A stretch of DNA of 63,783 nt, counting the filler, from Calcarisporiella thermophila CBS 279.70 (Eukaryota; Fungi; Calcarisporiellomycota): the NCBI RefSeq assembly GCF_041956535.1. It is 4 parts of 4 records of this genome, joined end to end, with 100 filler letters (N's around TTAATTAATTAA, not from the genome) between each part and the next. Parts side by side here need not be neighbours in the genome. Positions count along the whole stretch, not along the records: positions 1 to 25,953 come from NW_027192213.1; positions 26,054 to 45,311 come from NW_027192196.1; 2 more parts are not named here. One strand, written 5' to 3'. Of this stretch, positions 14,325 to 27,479 are shown in pieces. The translations under genes were made by a program, and so were the position numbers. The notes under the pieces are model-generated. The model had not been told where the DNA came from. It worked only from the letters and a program-made list of their open reading frames with translations, and did not search any database. Position 1 is the stretch's first letter, and each line of letters begins with the position of its first letter.

Positions 14325-16227
14325 TTAATTCCTTCTGATGGCAAGGGGCCTTGGCTTGGCTGTCGAGAGGGCCTCTAATTCCTCTCTCGTATACAGAATC
14401 GGCTTCATCTCCTCGAACGTCTCCACTGCCTCCTTCAAAATCCACTGCTCCATTAAACCCCTATTTGGGATTGAGCGCAGCAGGTGAATAATTCTGGCTA
14501 GCTCCTGGAAACATCGGCGCTTCATTGCCCTGTCTGGGTGGATGCTAGCTATGAATTTGAGCTTCTCACAATTGGTTATGTTGTATAAAAATGGAGAAGG
14601 CGCGAATCCCTGAGGGTTGATGGCTGTCTGCAGAAGCGCAGTCAAATTGAACACTCCCTACCATTGGCAATTCAATACGAATCAATCTCGGCCGTAGATC
14701 TGGAATGCTCATGTGAATATTTCACCCGTGCAAGCCCTACCTTGATGTACTCATCAAGCGCTTTAGCTTGCAGTTGCTGCATCGCCTCAGTCTCCAACCG
14801 TCCTGGGGGCACATCCAATTTGAGAAATTGCAACCAAACGTTGCACCAGATCATCCAGAAGATGCTTTTCATATCGGTAATGGATATTCGATAGCGTTGG
14901 AAGCTGGCGCTGGTTGCTTGCATGAAGCTGAATGGCTCCCTCTGCAGAAATGCGGTGGTGTTGATAAGGTGGTGGACAATATTTATGTCGGGGAGGGACC
15001 AGTCTATGTTGGTGATGCGGGCACCACTCAAGGCCAGTATAATATCTAGCGTAAAATTGAGCTTGGAGAACAAACATGTCAGGGGGATCTATCCAGAATC
15101 GCATGTCTTGGATCAGAGGCTACGCACCAGGGAAAGATTATGTGTCTGACTCCTTTCTGCTATGACCGTTCTCCGAGCCAGCTCCGGTTGAATCAACGGC
15201 GGCTGGCAAGAGTTGAAAATGTTCATGAGCTCAAATTTACACAACAAACACCTGAGGGAGAGGCATGGGAGAATTAGTCAATCAGATCCAAAAAGGAGCA
15301 AAAGGAATGCCGTAACCACCAGACTCTCTTCCGAAACACTACTTGCACATCGTCAGTCGGCTGCTCCAGACCATCTTTGTCCATGCCCAGCGCCAGTGCC
15401 ATCAGGACGGATTGTTGAAGGTAGGCCTGCCCTTCCTCAATTCGCGACAAGATTCGCACACAAGAGTGCATGCTCAAGAATGCCAGTACACTCTGGGGCG
15501 ATGGCTTATCAAAGGCATCTTCTAGGCTTAAGCGCGCATTTTCCAGCAATTCACCTACTACGCCGCGTACTTGTTTCAAGATAGGGGTGGCCTTGCGGGT
15601 AAAGATCAAGTGCATGGCTGCAAAAGCAAAGGCCACGTGGAGAAGCGGAGGCTCAATTTCATCGTTGTAGTAGCTTTCAAGGAATCCCGCTGGATCCGGG
15701 TGCCGAAGGGTGATGCAGCACTCGCTGGAGTAGATGTGGAAGAGGTAATCTAGGAGTTTTCTACTGAGAGCGGCGGGTTTGGTGGGGAGCTCCAAAATCT
15801 TGTCCCGCAGAGGCCTTGGGTACGTTAGCTTCATGAGGCTGCAATTATACTGCGGTGGCTCCTGTTTCGCAAAAGCCGGCTGTTCAAGCAGAGGCTGGAA
15901 ATTGGGTGGAACTATCCCATCCAGTATCAAATGTGCGCTAAGTAGGCGGTGAAGGTCGCCCAGGGTTTTCAGCCTCAGCTGGAACCGCACATCATGGCCT
16001 CTGAAGTAGAGACTGGAGTAGCCTAGATCGTGTGCGGCGTGCCTAACAGCATGAACCGATCTGGCCTCCCGTGAGGTTTGCGAAGGACCATGGTGGGAAT
16101 GGGGGTCATTAGATTGCCGAGATGATCTGGAAGTCAGATGCTTGAGATCATCAAGCATCTCCTCCATCTCGGACATTTGCGACAGGAAGTCGAGTAGCTT
16201 GTCCTCGTAATTGTTCCCCATGCTCAT
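14325..16227 (-). CDS. Fungal-specific TF (middle homology / Fungal_trans-like) protein, paralog 1; no Zn2Cys6 seen
   Basis: HPDPAGFLESYY..EPPLLHVAFAFAAMHL; ARLSLEDAFDKPSPQSVLAFL; MALALGMDKD...FRKRVWW; two introns shared with the paralogs. Confidence 0.8.
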
Positions 16228-18667
16228 TTCGCCGGTGGGATTGGATGCATTTCCTTGGATAGAGAGCTAGACCCGAAGGGAAATTAAGTGGGTAATTATT
16301 TTTGAATTTGCATTAATTAATCGATTTAAGGTTCCCGAGGAACTGCCTTTTTTGTAAATTTTTCAATTTTGGACCCGCGTTCTAAAACTATTCGTTCTTG
16401 AAGCTTGTGTTCGTGCGCTACGCTACAATAGCGTCTGTGCAGAAGGCTATTTGATGTGAAAATTTCCCCTCTTGTCGTACAGCCATCCTCTCTCAATGTC
16501 CGGGATTTCTCTCTTGCCTTCTCTCTCCATTGGACTATCAAGAGGACAGACGCCTATCACAGCGGCTCATGACAGGACGATGCTGGTGCGGAGCATGCGG
16601 TAACTTGCCCATGATTTGGGCCGAGCCTCGTCTCAAGTCTGCGCCGACGGTTACATTGGAACCATTGGCCATCGCCTCCACTTCTAGGCCTATTGCAGTA
16701 GTAAATCAGCCAAGCAAGCAATATGGGCCTGGTGCATTGTTAATACGTCCTACTTGTTAATTGCTGCTGGTCCAAAAGCTTGCTTCGCTTCCAGCGCTCT
16801 GCCCCTGTAAGCACAGAGCTTAAAGGGGAATACAGCAGGGTTCTCGGGCTTCGCGGCTCGCTTGAGAAAGGGTTAATGGATTCCCGGCTCATAGAGCTAA
16901 TGGACACATGTGATAAATTGGAGCAAGGCATGTGCTCGGCAAAGGCTAGCACAAGCTTGCCGTGAACCCAAGCGATTCCTTGGGAAGCTGGGCAGGCAAT
17001 TAACTGGTGCAGGTATGCGGGTTACAAGGGATGCTCTTGTGTGTGCTTTTTCGCTAGAAAAAATTTTCTGCGGAAACTCGTTTCTTAAATTGGCTAGCTG
17101 ATGCACAGGTTGAGAATAATAAGGCAACGAGGCAATTGTGCCTCCATCTGTGTGATCCTTAGATAATGGTACGGGAGAGAGGTGGCTAGGCTCTAGCCAT
17201 TCCCTTTCTCGAAGATCAGTGTTAGTTCGCCTCCAAGGAAAAAAAAAATGCGAAGGACTAGACGAGCTAAGTAAGAGATCCTCTCGTGCCTCTTCTCTCT
17301 TCTCCCTCCCCACTCACGAAGTCGTGCCTCTTTCCTAGTGCCCTTGAAACCCCAACCATCCCCACCGAGGTGTCTTAATGGAATCCTGCCCGCTACGAGG
17401 GTTGCATTTTACAGGTTCCTTGGGGTCTTCCGCCATCGGTTATCTACATCTAATCATTGTCTCCTCCTGACCCCGTGAAAACTATCCCAAAGAACTCTAT
17501 TCAGAGCGGCTGAGCTGCCGGGCCGAAATTTGTCTATGCGTAGGTGTGCAAATATAATGAGAGCAGTGTTGCGGGCTCAGTGGGATGCTGAGACAGCAAG
17601 TGTGAAACAGTGGCGAACGAGTTAAGTGAGTGTAAGTCATATGTGTGTCCTCAATAAATGTAAATTTTTCTCTAAGAATCATCTCTCCAAGGACTTTCGT
17701 CTGTGGTCGCCCCAAAAATACCAAGGAAGGCATAGGCAGTGCTTATCAAAATTTGCTTTTCTCAGCCAGTTCTGTGACATTAGTCTTTCTGGCATCCAAG
17801 TGTAACCATTGCGGAAAAGACAACCCTTCTTTCCCGGTATGGACTTCACGCAGCTATATCCGGCTCGAATATTCCTCTCCTCTAACTCTGAGTAGTTCCA
17901 CCTTCACCCAGCCCTCCTTTTTTTCGTCAAATTGTATTCAATGCCAACCAATATTTCAAGTAGTGAGAGGCCAAATTTCACGCACTTGTTATCTCTAGGT
18001 AATCGCGGCATCAAAATAGAGATGCTGATGACCATACATGGTTGCGAGAGAGTCAAATAACAAATTTTACAGCGATATGTCCTGGAAGCCTGGAAAAACT
18101 CAAGTACTTGTGGCACATATATTGATAAGAAAAGTGGAAAAATACACGATTTTTTAAGATGTTTCGAGACTAGCTGATTATGAGAGATATTTAGGAGATA
18201 CTGAAGTGAAATACAAAGAGAAAATAAATACTAGGAGTCTATGCAAACTCGTGCAGCTTGTTCCTATTCCCAGATAGTGCTGAACCATCTGCGTCTGATC
18301 ACACAGATCAGCCCCCAGGTTGACTCAAATACAGGCTGAAAGCGATGGGAAGAGCCAAACACTGGTGGTCCGCAGGATCTCGTAGGAGGCTGGGCGGAGG
18401 AAGGGGAGGAGAAAAGTTTCTTTATTCAGCGCCCCGAGAGTTCATGCCAGAGGCCACAATACAAAGCCAAACGGATTATCAGGGTAATGGGAAGCGGGGC
18501 GTACCAGACCAATCTTTACGGCACATCGCCCGCTCTATGCCACGAGGCGTCTAGAAAGGCTGCTTTGAAGGGGTACACAAATATTCTAGAGGTACGTGTA
18601 CAAGAGGATATATACAAAGGTTAGGTGCGGAAAAGTTCCGGTGCAAACGAGGTGGGATGCGGGGTGG

Positions 18668-20630
18668 TTAGAGAGGGTTTCCTTCACGTCTCACGGCAAG
18701 GGGCTTAAATTCTGATAGTCTCATGGCCTCCAACTCTTCCTTCGTAAATACCAATAACTTGTTGGCTTCTAGGGTTTCAGCGGTGTGGCATATCAGCCAG
18801 TGCTCCATGGTTCCTTTGGATTCCAGCGTGAGTAACAAGCGAAGTGTGATCATGAGCTCTCGGAAGCATTTGCGCCGCACCGAACGATTCGGATGTACGC
18901 GCACGATAAATTTGTGCATTTCAAAGACCATGTAGTAGTGAAGTACTGCGTGAGAGCACGTGCACCAGTCTTGTTTCCGGATCGCTTTTTGGAGGAGAAG
19001 TGTGGAATGCATTAAGCCCTAGTGCAACAACACGCCATCAGCTTGCCTCTTCTCAAACTTGACATGAGAGTGCTACAACGTCCCCCTAACCCAGATTTTA
19101 CCTTGACGTACTCCTCAAGCGCCTTGTGCCGCAACTGCTGCAGGATTTCGGTGTCATGTCGGTTGGATGCGATATCTGCCCTGAGAAACTGCTGCCACAT
19201 GTTGCACCACCGAAGCCAGAATCGGAAGCCGACGTGAACGCGGCTCATGCTACTTCTATTGTTGCTTTGCATGGAGATGAGTTGATCGCGCTGAAGAAAT
19301 GCCGCGGTGCTGATGAGATGCTGGGTGATAGCGATATCAGGCAATTCAAAGTTAATATCTACGAATTTAGCGAGTTGAGTAAAAGACTGCGCCTCCATGG
19401 TGAAGTTTCGCTATGGGAACCCAGAGGGGAAGTACGGATGAAGCCCATCCAACAAAGAAAAGAGTGGAAGGTTTTGAAGAAAAAAATATTTACCAAAAAC
19501 GACTTGTACACTTCGCTGTCCCCTGAGTGAGGGGTTCCTTTTGGTGAATTCCGAAGGGTGTCAAAATCAATCAACGATGGCTTTCCTCCCACAAACACGT
19601 GGATTAATTCCATTTTACAAAGAAAGCACCTACAGAGGTAGGCTGTATTAGTAGAGGAAGGGAAGAGGCAAAAGCAAGAGAACAAGTAACATGGGTGGAA
19701 AACAAACCATATTCTTCTTTGGAATTCCCTCTGTATCGGGTCGCCTTCACTTGGATCTTCTCGGTCCATTTTCAGTGCCAATGCCATTAGGGCCGCTAGT
19801 GTGTGAAAGGCGTACGCATCATCCTCTCGCATAAGCACACGCATGCAACATTCCATATTGAGGTAGGCAAGAACAATCTGCGGGGATGGCATATCGAACA
19901 CGTCCTGCAAACTCAAACGGGCACGCTCTAGTAGTTCTCCTACGACTCTGCGCAGCTGGTTTGACACGGGAGTTTTCCTATGCATAAACAGTAAGTGGAG
20001 AGCTGAGATGGCCACCGCCGTATGAAGCAGCGCAGGCTCCATTTCCTCCCGGTAGTAACTCTCGAGAAAGGCTGCCCTGTCAGGGTGCTGCATCAGCGAA
20101 CAGCAGTCGCTGATGTAGACGTGGAAGAGATAGGTCTCAAGTCGGCGGCTCAAGATCTCGGGTTTGACAGGCGGATTGAAAATCTTGCTAGTGAAGGGGC
20201 TAGGATTGGGTATCTTCATCAGTGAACATCGAAAGTCTCCGGAATCGCCTTCCGTGTAAGTGTGCTGTTGATAAATCGAAGCGAATTCCGGCGGGGTTAC
20301 ACCTTCCATTACTAGGTGAGCACTCAGGAGGCGATGAAGATCGCTTAGAGAATTGAGCCTTAACTGAAAACGCAAGTCGTACCCAAATTGTACCAAGCAT
20401 GGGCTTATTGCTTCCCCCTGCGTTCGTTTTGCATTTCGGGCCTTAACAATTTTTGTGGACGAGGGTTTGGAGGCCGGAGGAGAATCGGTAGGAGTGACGA
20501 TGCCTTCTCGGGCGGAGGGGTCAAGGTCGGATGAAGGTGCAGGATTGAATTTAACTAATAATTCTTCAACTTCAAGTAATTGGGAAGAAATCTCATTAAC
20601 CTCATCAAGTAGGATGTGCTTGATATTCAT
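18668..20630 (-). CDS. Fungal-specific TF (middle homology) protein, paralog 2
   Basis: FQLRLNSLSDLHRLLSA; HPDRAAFLESYY; MALALKMDREDP...EFQRRIW; first in-frame ATG at 20630 (the ORF-track start at 20669 is TTG). Confidence 0.8.
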
Positions 20631-21340
20631 TTCAGAGAACTTGCTCTGAATTATTCTCGTCTGGCGCAAACGGACTCCTTATTCAACCAAGCCTCTCCAT
20701 AAGGTCATATTCGCTTAGCCTATACTTCCCCCAATTAGTGTATTAATAATGCGAGAGAAAATGGATAGCTAATAAGGTTCTCGCTTAAGCTCTCGTCGTC
20801 AGAAAGTTCAAACTGAAAACGAATATTCTGTTGAATATCCAAACCTTTAACTCACCCTAGTTCTTCAGACAATAAAAGCAGCTGCCCTTATCTTAGTAAG
20901 TGTCTTAGCTAGGATACAACTAAATTCCCCTCGCAATCCCCACTGGGCCATTGATTCACTCCAAATATCGCATGCATATCCTTGCCGAGATTTTTCTCAC
21001 ATCATCAGCTAACCAAATATGTCAAGAGCTTATAATATAATGATGGCACCAGTTAAATAAATATAGATTTATATACACTAAATATCCAGTGAAATGTTCC
21101 ATCCAATGGTTGTCTAAACAAAGAAAATCACTTAATATATACGGCATGGAATACAATATGAGTGCTCTATCGGCTATATACAGTAGCATCCGCCCATTTA
21201 TATATCTACCCCAGAGATAATACTAGAAGACCACTTCCATACAGCCACGACACGGATCATTCATACTATTTCTACCTATCTATCGGCATCACGAGAAACA
21301 TCTCGAAACCTTATGATCTCTTTCGAGAATCCAATTGCAC

Positions 21341-23205
21341 CTATTCTTCTTTCTTCTTGATTGCCAGACGTTTTAATCTTGGCTTACTCATGTTGACCAA
21401 CTCCTCTTTCGTAAGCACGATTGGCTTCATCACCTCCAATGTATCACCAACCTTGGACTCAAGCCATCCTTCTATAATCCCCTTCGGTTCGAGGGAGCGT
21501 AGTATGGCAAAAATCTGAGCCAGCTCTTTGAAAACTTGCCTCTGTATTCTGAGGTCGGGGTGCATGTGTGCTATGAACGTGCTGTACTCACAGACAACCT
21601 CGACCCCTAAATATGGATAATGTTTACACCAATTCTGACTTCGAATGACTTCTTGTAGTGAATGGAAACAATTGAATAAACCCTATTATATGAATTTGTA
21701 AACGATTGGGAAGGGGGAGGGGAAGTGAGGTTTGGTGAATAGGGGGAACGAGTGAAAACTGGATCGATACCTTGACAAACTCTTTGAGGGCCATCTCACG
21801 CAACCTTCGCATCGCATCCGTCTCCAATCTCGCGGGAGGTGCATCCGACTTAATAAACTGCCGCCAGAGCGCGCACCACTGAGTCCAGAAACTAGCGTGG
21901 AACTCGTGAGAGTATATTCTACACGGGGTATTCCTACTATAGTACTGGTCAATTTGGTCACGGGCTCTCTGCAAAAATGCAGCATAACTAATGAGGTGCT
22001 GAGCAATGATAGCATCCGGGAGCGACCAGTCAATGTTGCTGAGTTCCATGATTTTGCAGAAAGCTTGTATTTCCTCCATAAATATTAGCTGTTATTATAT
22101 CCTATTGTCAATTTTAGTCCCTCCACATAAGGGTTCGGATTTCGTTTACCATTATGGTCCTGTTCGTTATACTATCATTCGAGGTGAATGAGGGTTTGGG
22201 CGACCTCCGAACGGCTTCTAAGCTGATGAATACTGGTTTACCAAGCCGAATGCTCAAATGAAGCCCACGTCTACATAGCATAAACCTTAGAGGAAAGCAC
22301 AATCAATGAAGAATAAAAATTTGCTCTCCAAAATTTGGCTATTCTAACCAAATCCTTCTACGGAATTCTACGCGTAAGAAATCCTTTTCATTTGGATCAT
22401 CTCTGTCCATCTTGAGTGAAATGGCCATCATTGCAGCCTGTGAATAGTACCTGTATGCATTGTCTAGCTGGGCAAGCCAGCGCATGCATACATCCATATT
22501 GAGATAGGCAAGCACCGTTTCCGGAGAAGGCTCGTCAAATACCTCTTCCAATGAATATTTTGCTTGTGCCAATATATCTTTTATGACCCAACGGAGTTGC
22601 TTGTTTACAGGCGCTTGTGGATGCGTAAGTAGCAGGTGAATGGCCGAAAAAGCGATAGCAGTATGGACGAGCGCCGGCTCGAGTTCGCTGCGGTAGTAAC
22701 TCTTGAGAAAGCCTGCTGGATCTGGGTGCTTTAGGTGCACAAAACAATCGCTTAGGTAGACATGAAAGAGATATGCTTCGAGCCTATCGAGTTTATAGAC
22801 CGGGGGAGATGCTGCGACCTCCTTGAAGATCTCGTCTTCAACTGGTTTTGGTAAATGATGCAATTTGAAGATGGTACATCGATGAGGGCGTTGATGGAAA
22901 TTAGCCATTTCGGGTTTTTGAGGGTGGAAAGGCAGATCGGGCAAAGCTTCGCCCTCAATGAGAAATTTTGCGCTTAGGAGGCGAAGCAGATTGGCATAAG
23001 AATTCAATTTGAGCTGGAAGCGCAAAGAATTAGCAGTTAAGAGAAATTGGCTGGCATTAGAATTTTCCGAAAAATATTGGATTTCTTGGGTAACGCCTTT
23101 TTTCGATGAGCTTGGAAACGAACCACTTGAAGATTCATCCGTGAAATGCGAAAGAGAATGGAATAGAGTGGGATGTTTATAGAACGAGAGTTTTGATTCA
23201 TGCAT
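21341..23205 (-). CDS. Fungal-specific TF (middle homology) protein, paralog 3
   Basis: FQLKLNSYANLLRLLSA; HPDPAGFLKSYY; MDRDDPNE..EFRRRIW; DWSLPD; same exon layout. Start uncertain. Confidence 0.78.
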
Positions 23206-24141
23206 GTGAATGCGCGGAGGATGAATATATTGTTAACGGATGAGGTCAGGTGTAGTGTTTGTAGGAAGGTTACAATATATCTCCTCTGTATCGGCTTTTC
23301 AGTTCTAACATTAGGCATCGGATAGACCACCGAGCTAGTTTCAACTGGTTTGGAGGGGATATTTTTAATACTCTAGTGAAGTCATTGAAAATGGTAACTG
23401 ACCAATTGTGCCTCAAACCCAAAGTGGCTGTAGAGCGTAAAAGGCTACCGCGCCTCACTTTACCTTCCAAATATTTTATATACCTGACGTCTGCGAAAGA
23501 TAAAGTATGTCGCCCTATCCGGCAACGAACAATGCTCGAGCCTCCAAATCCGTACAGTGCCCTCCGTAAGGACGTAGTATCCTATCCCTTCACCGGGAAT
23601 TGAAGCGAATCAACGCCACAATGATGTGTTCTGGCACTTGTATTCGTACCAAATTAGTGATGATGGAAGGATCGAGAGAGGCTCATTTTTTTGCCACTCC
23701 AATGATTTTATCTTTGTTTTCTCTCTCTCTCTCTCTTTTTTTTAATGGTCCGCTTTCTTCTCAAGAGCGCACCTGGGAGTTTGTTAACACATTGGAAACA
23801 TCGCACGGTATAGTGGTACTATGACATGTGCATATCTTAAATTTAACTATCCTCTCGAAAGCTCTATGCACTGATTAGTGGAGGGAGCTTGCTTTTTATT
23901 AACAAAATCGGGGAGAGCTAATCAATGAGATTTTCCGTCTTATTTAATGGGCTTTACATGGATAGATGATACATACTAGCTCTGCTAGCTACAATGTACT
24001 CAAGAGAGTCACCACAGTTCAATTGCAGTGGCTATTAAGAGTTTTCAAAAAGTTTGATTCCCCACATATGTCGTCCCATTCTACAACCGGTCCTTCATCG
24101 TTGAAGATAGAGATTGAAATTTTATTTAAAATAATAGGCAG

Positions 24142-25953
24142 CTATCCCGCATTTTGCTTCTTCGCTAGTGGCCTTGGTTTAGGCTTACTCATGCGCTCCA
24201 ATTCTTCTTTTGAAAATACGGCTGGCTTCATCTCCTCTAAAGCACCTACAAGCGTATGTGCTATCCACTGTTCGATGACTCCCTTATCTTCACTGGATTG
24301 TGTCAGCCGCAGGGTCTGGACTAAGTTTTGAAAGATGGAGCGTCGTACAATGGGATCAGGATGTATGCGGGATATGAATTTGCTATTCTCACAGATTAAT
24401 TGTGGGCCGATCGTTGGATATTCTCTGCACCAGCATTTTCTACGGATGGCCTCCTGTAGAGAAAGGATGCAGTTATTTAACCCCTATTGAAGAAAAATGT
24501 TAAGGGCTCTGCCACAATAGGAGAGAAGTGGAAAGAAAAGCTACTTTGACAAACTCATCAAACCCCTTTGCCCGTAAATTCTTCATCAAATCCGTTTCAA
24601 ATCTACGGGAGGGGGCTTCTGATTGAATAAATTGCCGCCATACTGCGCACCAGTGAGGCCAGAGGTTGCTATTGATTCCGTAGGCAAGTCGAATTTCTAA
24701 ATGGTCCTCACCGATATAATGAATATATTCACTAAGATCTCTTTGCAAAAAAGAGGCAATGCTGACAAGCTGCTGGGCAACCATGACATCGGGAAGAGAC
24801 CAATCAATATCGGAGATTTTTAAAAAACCAACATAGTATACAGTAGCTGTCAGGAAACGAACCTATCGAAACTTGTCAATAAGCTAGAATTATATTAGGG
24901 ATCCCAAGTAATAACATTCTCTACCAGCGATAGTTTATACATTTTGGTGTCATTCGAATTCAGTGTAGGTTTGGGTGATTTGCTAATAGTGTCTAGGGGT
25001 ATCAATGGTGGTTTGTCAAATAAAAGTCTAAAATATATTTCGCGACTGCATACTAGAGTCCTTTAGAAGAAACAGTAGTGACAAATAAAGCTCAGTAAAA
25101 ATGGAATGAAATGAGGCGGTAAAATCAATGTTGTATGCCATACTTACCAAATTCTTTTTCGAAATTCTATCTTTACGGGATCCGTCTCGTTTGGATCGTC
25201 TTTGTCCATCTGAAGAGCGGACGCCATCACTACAGATTGGGAGTGGAAAGTGTATGCCTCGTCAATTCGAGAAAGCCAGCACATACACTTTCCCATATTG
25301 ATAAAAGCGAGCACTACATGCGGCGAAGGAGTATCGAAGACCTCCCTCAAGGAAATCCTTGCCTGAGTAAGTAGGTTCTTCAATGCTGAATGAAGCTGAT
25401 TTTTTACAGGCGATTGAGGATGTGCTAGCAATAGATGAATAGCTGAGAAAGCAATAGCGGTATGGACGAGCGCTGGCTCGAGTTTGCCACGATAATAATT
25501 TTCGAGAAAGCCTGCGGGATCTGGATGATCTAATTGTGCAAAGCAGTCGCTCACGTAGATGTGAAAAAGATGATCCGCAAGCTTGCGCTTTATAATGATG
25601 TTTCTTCTGTTCCATATGAGCCCTCTGTCTTCGATAGGTTTTGGGAAAGGATTTCTAAAATAAATACAGCGACGAGAAGACTCGCATACATCGTCAAGTG
25701 TAGGCAACTGGAAGCAAAAAGATAGCTCAGGCGATGATATGCCTTCAGCGATGAATTGCGCGCTAAGGAGCCGATGCAGATCGGAAAGAGATTTCAGTCT
25801 GAGCTGGAATAGTAAATTCCCAGGAGTCGATAGGAGATTAAGAGAATCTTGGTCTGTATGCTCTTCATATTCTTCTAGCTCCAATGCATTATGAGTCAGA
25901 AAACTTCTGGTCGTAACATTGGGTGATATATAGGAAAAGGGTGAATATGGGAG
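24142..25953 (-). CDS. Fungal-specific TF (middle homology) protein, paralog 4; 5' end runs into the linker
   Basis: FQLRLKSLSDLHRLLSA; HPDPAGFLENYY; MDKDDPNE..EFRKRIW; last exon ends KPRPLAKKQNAG*. Has an extra intron near 24850-24920. Confidence 0.78.
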
Positions 25954-26053
25954 NNNNNNNNNNNNNNNNNNNNNNNNNNNNNNNNNNNNNNNNNNNNTTA
26001 ATTAATTAANNNNNNNNNNNNNNNNNNNNNNNNNNNNNNNNNNNNNNNNNNNN
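25954..26053. other. Artificial scaffold linker N44-TTAATTAATTAA-N44
   Basis: Identical 100-nt block recurs at 45312 and 59190; the 12-mer gives stops in all six frames. Confidence 0.97.
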
Positions 26054-26965
26054 GATCTGTAAATACAATTAGTGTTGGATGTGACTGAGATAACATGCAG
26101 GATTTTACTTACTCCTTTTACGCCAGCCAGTGGATGATGTTCATCCTCTTCAGGCACGGCTCGGAGTTTCTCTTTGGCTTCGCCAACGCAGGTTGCAAAG
26201 CTCCAAATAGGACTTTGCGGGTCGATAAGTTCCTCCCTCATTTGTGTACTCGATTTGCTCCCTAGATAGGAAGCATAGGTCTTGTAAAATAAGCCAATAG
26301 CCCCGTTGATTATATTTGCAAGCTGACACTCAGCAGTATCAATTTCTCTAGCGCGTTTGATACCAGAGAAATCCAAGGATAGAACTAAATATTGACCGGG
26401 AATAATCCTTTTAGCCTGTACATCTTGATCAATCGCGAGGCCCTAGTTAATGTTGAATTTGACATTAGAAATGAATCTAAGCGATAAAATGTAGCGTGCT
26501 TGAACCTGGAATATTGATTTATATTTCTTTTTGTGCTCCAAACCATGAAAATGGGCCAGCAAACTTAAGGTCAGAGATTTGCCAAAACGGCAGGGCCGTA
26601 AAAAAAGAAGTACTTTTTCTGTAAAATCCTCAAGTTTTGATATGTACTTTGTGCGGTCGAAGTACACCAACTCAGGCGTAATACGGAGTTGGTAAAAGTC
26701 ATTCTGATCATTAAAAGGAAATCCTTCGAATTTTTTTGGATCAATCATCAGCGTGCCCTGTTCATTTTCATTAGCCGTTGGAGCCGCTAATTTGATTCGC
26801 TTATTGCTTGGTTCCTCCTGAATATTAATTCCAGTATTGGAAAGTATTTCTTCACCTGATGTAGGTTCGTAGTTTAAAGTGTTGGTACTTGGGATGCTAT
26901 GAGTACCAACATGAGTATCACAGATCTTGCACATATAAGATTCTGAATCTAGTTCATGTATAAGC
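26054..26965 (-). CDS. AAA-ATPase-like protein (PF09820-type), partial, cut by the linker
   Basis: YFDRTKYISKLE..VLLFLRPCRFGKSLTLSLL matches the family's YVDKT..RPRRFGKS Walker A region; after an intron, GLAIDQ..YLVLSLDFSGI. Confidence 0.8.
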
Positions 26966-27479
26966 TGGGAATAAAGGGGTTGGAATGAATAGAGTGGAAG
27001 GTGATTAGTTTGTTTCTTCGGAAATGTTCAAGACTTGAGGTTAAGATTGATAGTATATTTAAAAAAAATCAAAGGGCACAATTGATACACTTTACCCCGC
27101 AATGCTATTGAAGGAGCTAGAGTGTTTTTCCTAGCTTGCACATCGTCCTGCGTCCCTTAGAGGCATCAATGACAACTTATAATAATATAACTCGGACGCA
27201 TCTATGATTCATAAATATTTCCAAAGTTGAATTGAAATTTGTCCAAGCAACCGAGTTCTTAAAAAGTGTATTTTAAATTTCTTTTAGCATTAAGCCTGGC
27301 GTATTTGACGGCTTAGTATACATTAATTAGAAATTGCAGTCGGCAGTCCGAGCTTCATAATGTTCCAGAGGATCTTACCACGTTCCCTCGAGTCCAAAGG
27401 GAGGAATGACACGATAAGTTGGAATCTACAAAATGATTCTTGCGGTAGTAAAGATCTTGTGGTTTAGTAGTGGAATTGG

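Noticed and set aside
16897-18116. Cys pairs (RQACASLCR, RCKIC, CNHC) as the missing Zn2Cys6 exon
   Set aside because: Spacing does not fit CxxCx6Cx5-12CxxCx6-8C, and one lies on the wrong strand.
25954-26053. TTAATTAATTAA palindrome flanked by Ns, three times
   Set aside because: Artificial six-frame-stop linker. Adjacency across 25954, 45312 and 59190 is not evidence of biological linkage.
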